A stretch of DNA of 24,000 bases from an uncultured Dehalococcoidia bacterium (GTDB lineage Bacteria; Chloroflexota; Dehalococcoidia; Lucifugimonadales; Lucifugimonadaceae), in contig OX638325.1 in the NCBI GenBank assembly GCA_951812795.1, forward strand, positions 1,488,277 through 1,512,276, written 5' to 3'. This document shows positions 23,560 to 24,000 of the stretch, piece by piece (within the stretch, counting starts at the first letter, position 1; each line of letters starts with the position of its first letter). The position numbers and the translations under genes were made by a program. The notes below the pieces were generated by a model. The model was not told the origin of the DNA and did not search any database. It saw only the letters and a program-made list of their open reading frames with translations.

Positions 23560-24000
23560 CTATGCTGGTGTCCTAGCATCATCGGTATCACCGGCATCCG
23601 GCTCATCGTCCGTTGATGAAGGCACAAACACCGCACGCGCAACGTTACGTTGCCGACGAATGATAAAGCGGACGATGAAGAAGATGATTACGCCCAGAAT
23701 GATCCAGATCGGCGACGTGATGGCGAGCCAGATGCCGGCGGTTCCAGCAAAGGTGAAGACACTGATGAGGACGTTTACGGCGTTTGTTGCGGTATTGCCG
23801 GGGGCGAAATCGGATGATTCGATCTCTGGCCCCGGATAGACGTAAACGTGGGCATAGTGCGTCTCTTCAACCTCGCCGGCATCGCTGTCGCCACGGATCT
23901 CGAAGACGATCTGGTATGACTCTGGACGGTGCCGATTGAAGATGTGCTCGATTTCGATGCCGGTTTCGCCGGCGTCAACCGTTCCTTCGACGACGGGAGA
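23560..24000 (-). CDS. C-terminal 146 aa of a second PKD-like/C-terminal-anchor envelope protein (paralog of 18793-21198), 5' end beyond the window
   Basis: This ORF is absent from the track because it has no start codon in the window. My own translation of the minus frame reads ...IEIEHIFNRHRPESYQIVFEIRGDSDAGEVEETHYAHVYV...NVLISVFTFAGTAGIWLAITSPIWIILGVIIFFIVRFIIRRQRNVARAVFVPSSTDDEPDAGDTDDARTPA, ending at TAG (23562-23560). It is colinear with the last ~130 aa of the 801-aa protein. Confidence 0.75.
   Translation of the reverse strand, partial: SPVVEGTVDAGETGIEIEHIFNRHRPESYQIVFEIRGDSDAGEVEETHYAHVYVYPGPEIESSDFAPGNTATNAVNVLISVFTFAGTAGIWLAITSPIWIILGVIIFFIVRFIIRRQRNVARAVFVPSSTDDEPDAGDTDDARTPA

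Overview
Gene-dense prokaryotic chromosomal window with about 25 CDS, moderately high GC by eye and short intergenic gaps. I found no rRNA, tRNA, CRISPR array, transposase or integrase. Bases 1-18650 are mostly ordinary accessory metabolism. They hold an ArsM-type arsenite methyltransferase and two tandem HpcH/HpaI-type aldolase paralogs. A minus-strand run follows: sulfatase, M16 peptidase, stand-alone Lrp/AsnC RAM-domain protein, two acyl-CoA dehydrogenases, HIT protein. After that come a cupin phosphomannose-isomerase-like protein, an orphan Vsr endonuclease, an RraA-like protein, a Zn alcohol dehydrogenase, two tandem CDGSH iron-sulfur proteins, an enolase-superfamily dehydratase, an O-methyltransferase, a 2-hydroxyacid dehydrogenase and an orphan SPPF-motif DNA methyltransferase. 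The most unusual part is 18793-24000, three consecutive minus-strand envelope genes. A DUF4349-like protein carries four PKD domains inserted ahead of its C-terminal membrane anchor. Next is a YfbK-like vWA protein with a collagen-like Gly-X-Y run. The third gene, cut by the window edge, is a second copy of the PKD/anchor module. The two complete genes share V/E-rich VVQTVVVEKEV-type N-terminal linkers. They also share a near-identical ECF-sigma-type promoter (GCGGGAACAAA-N-CGTC, 17-nt spacer) at the same distance from the start codon. No sigma or anti-sigma gene lies in the window. The paralog-rich catabolic content and the linker style suggest a marine Chloroflexota (SAR202-like) origin, but that is a low-confidence inference. 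All family assignments come from reading motifs by eye, with no database search.
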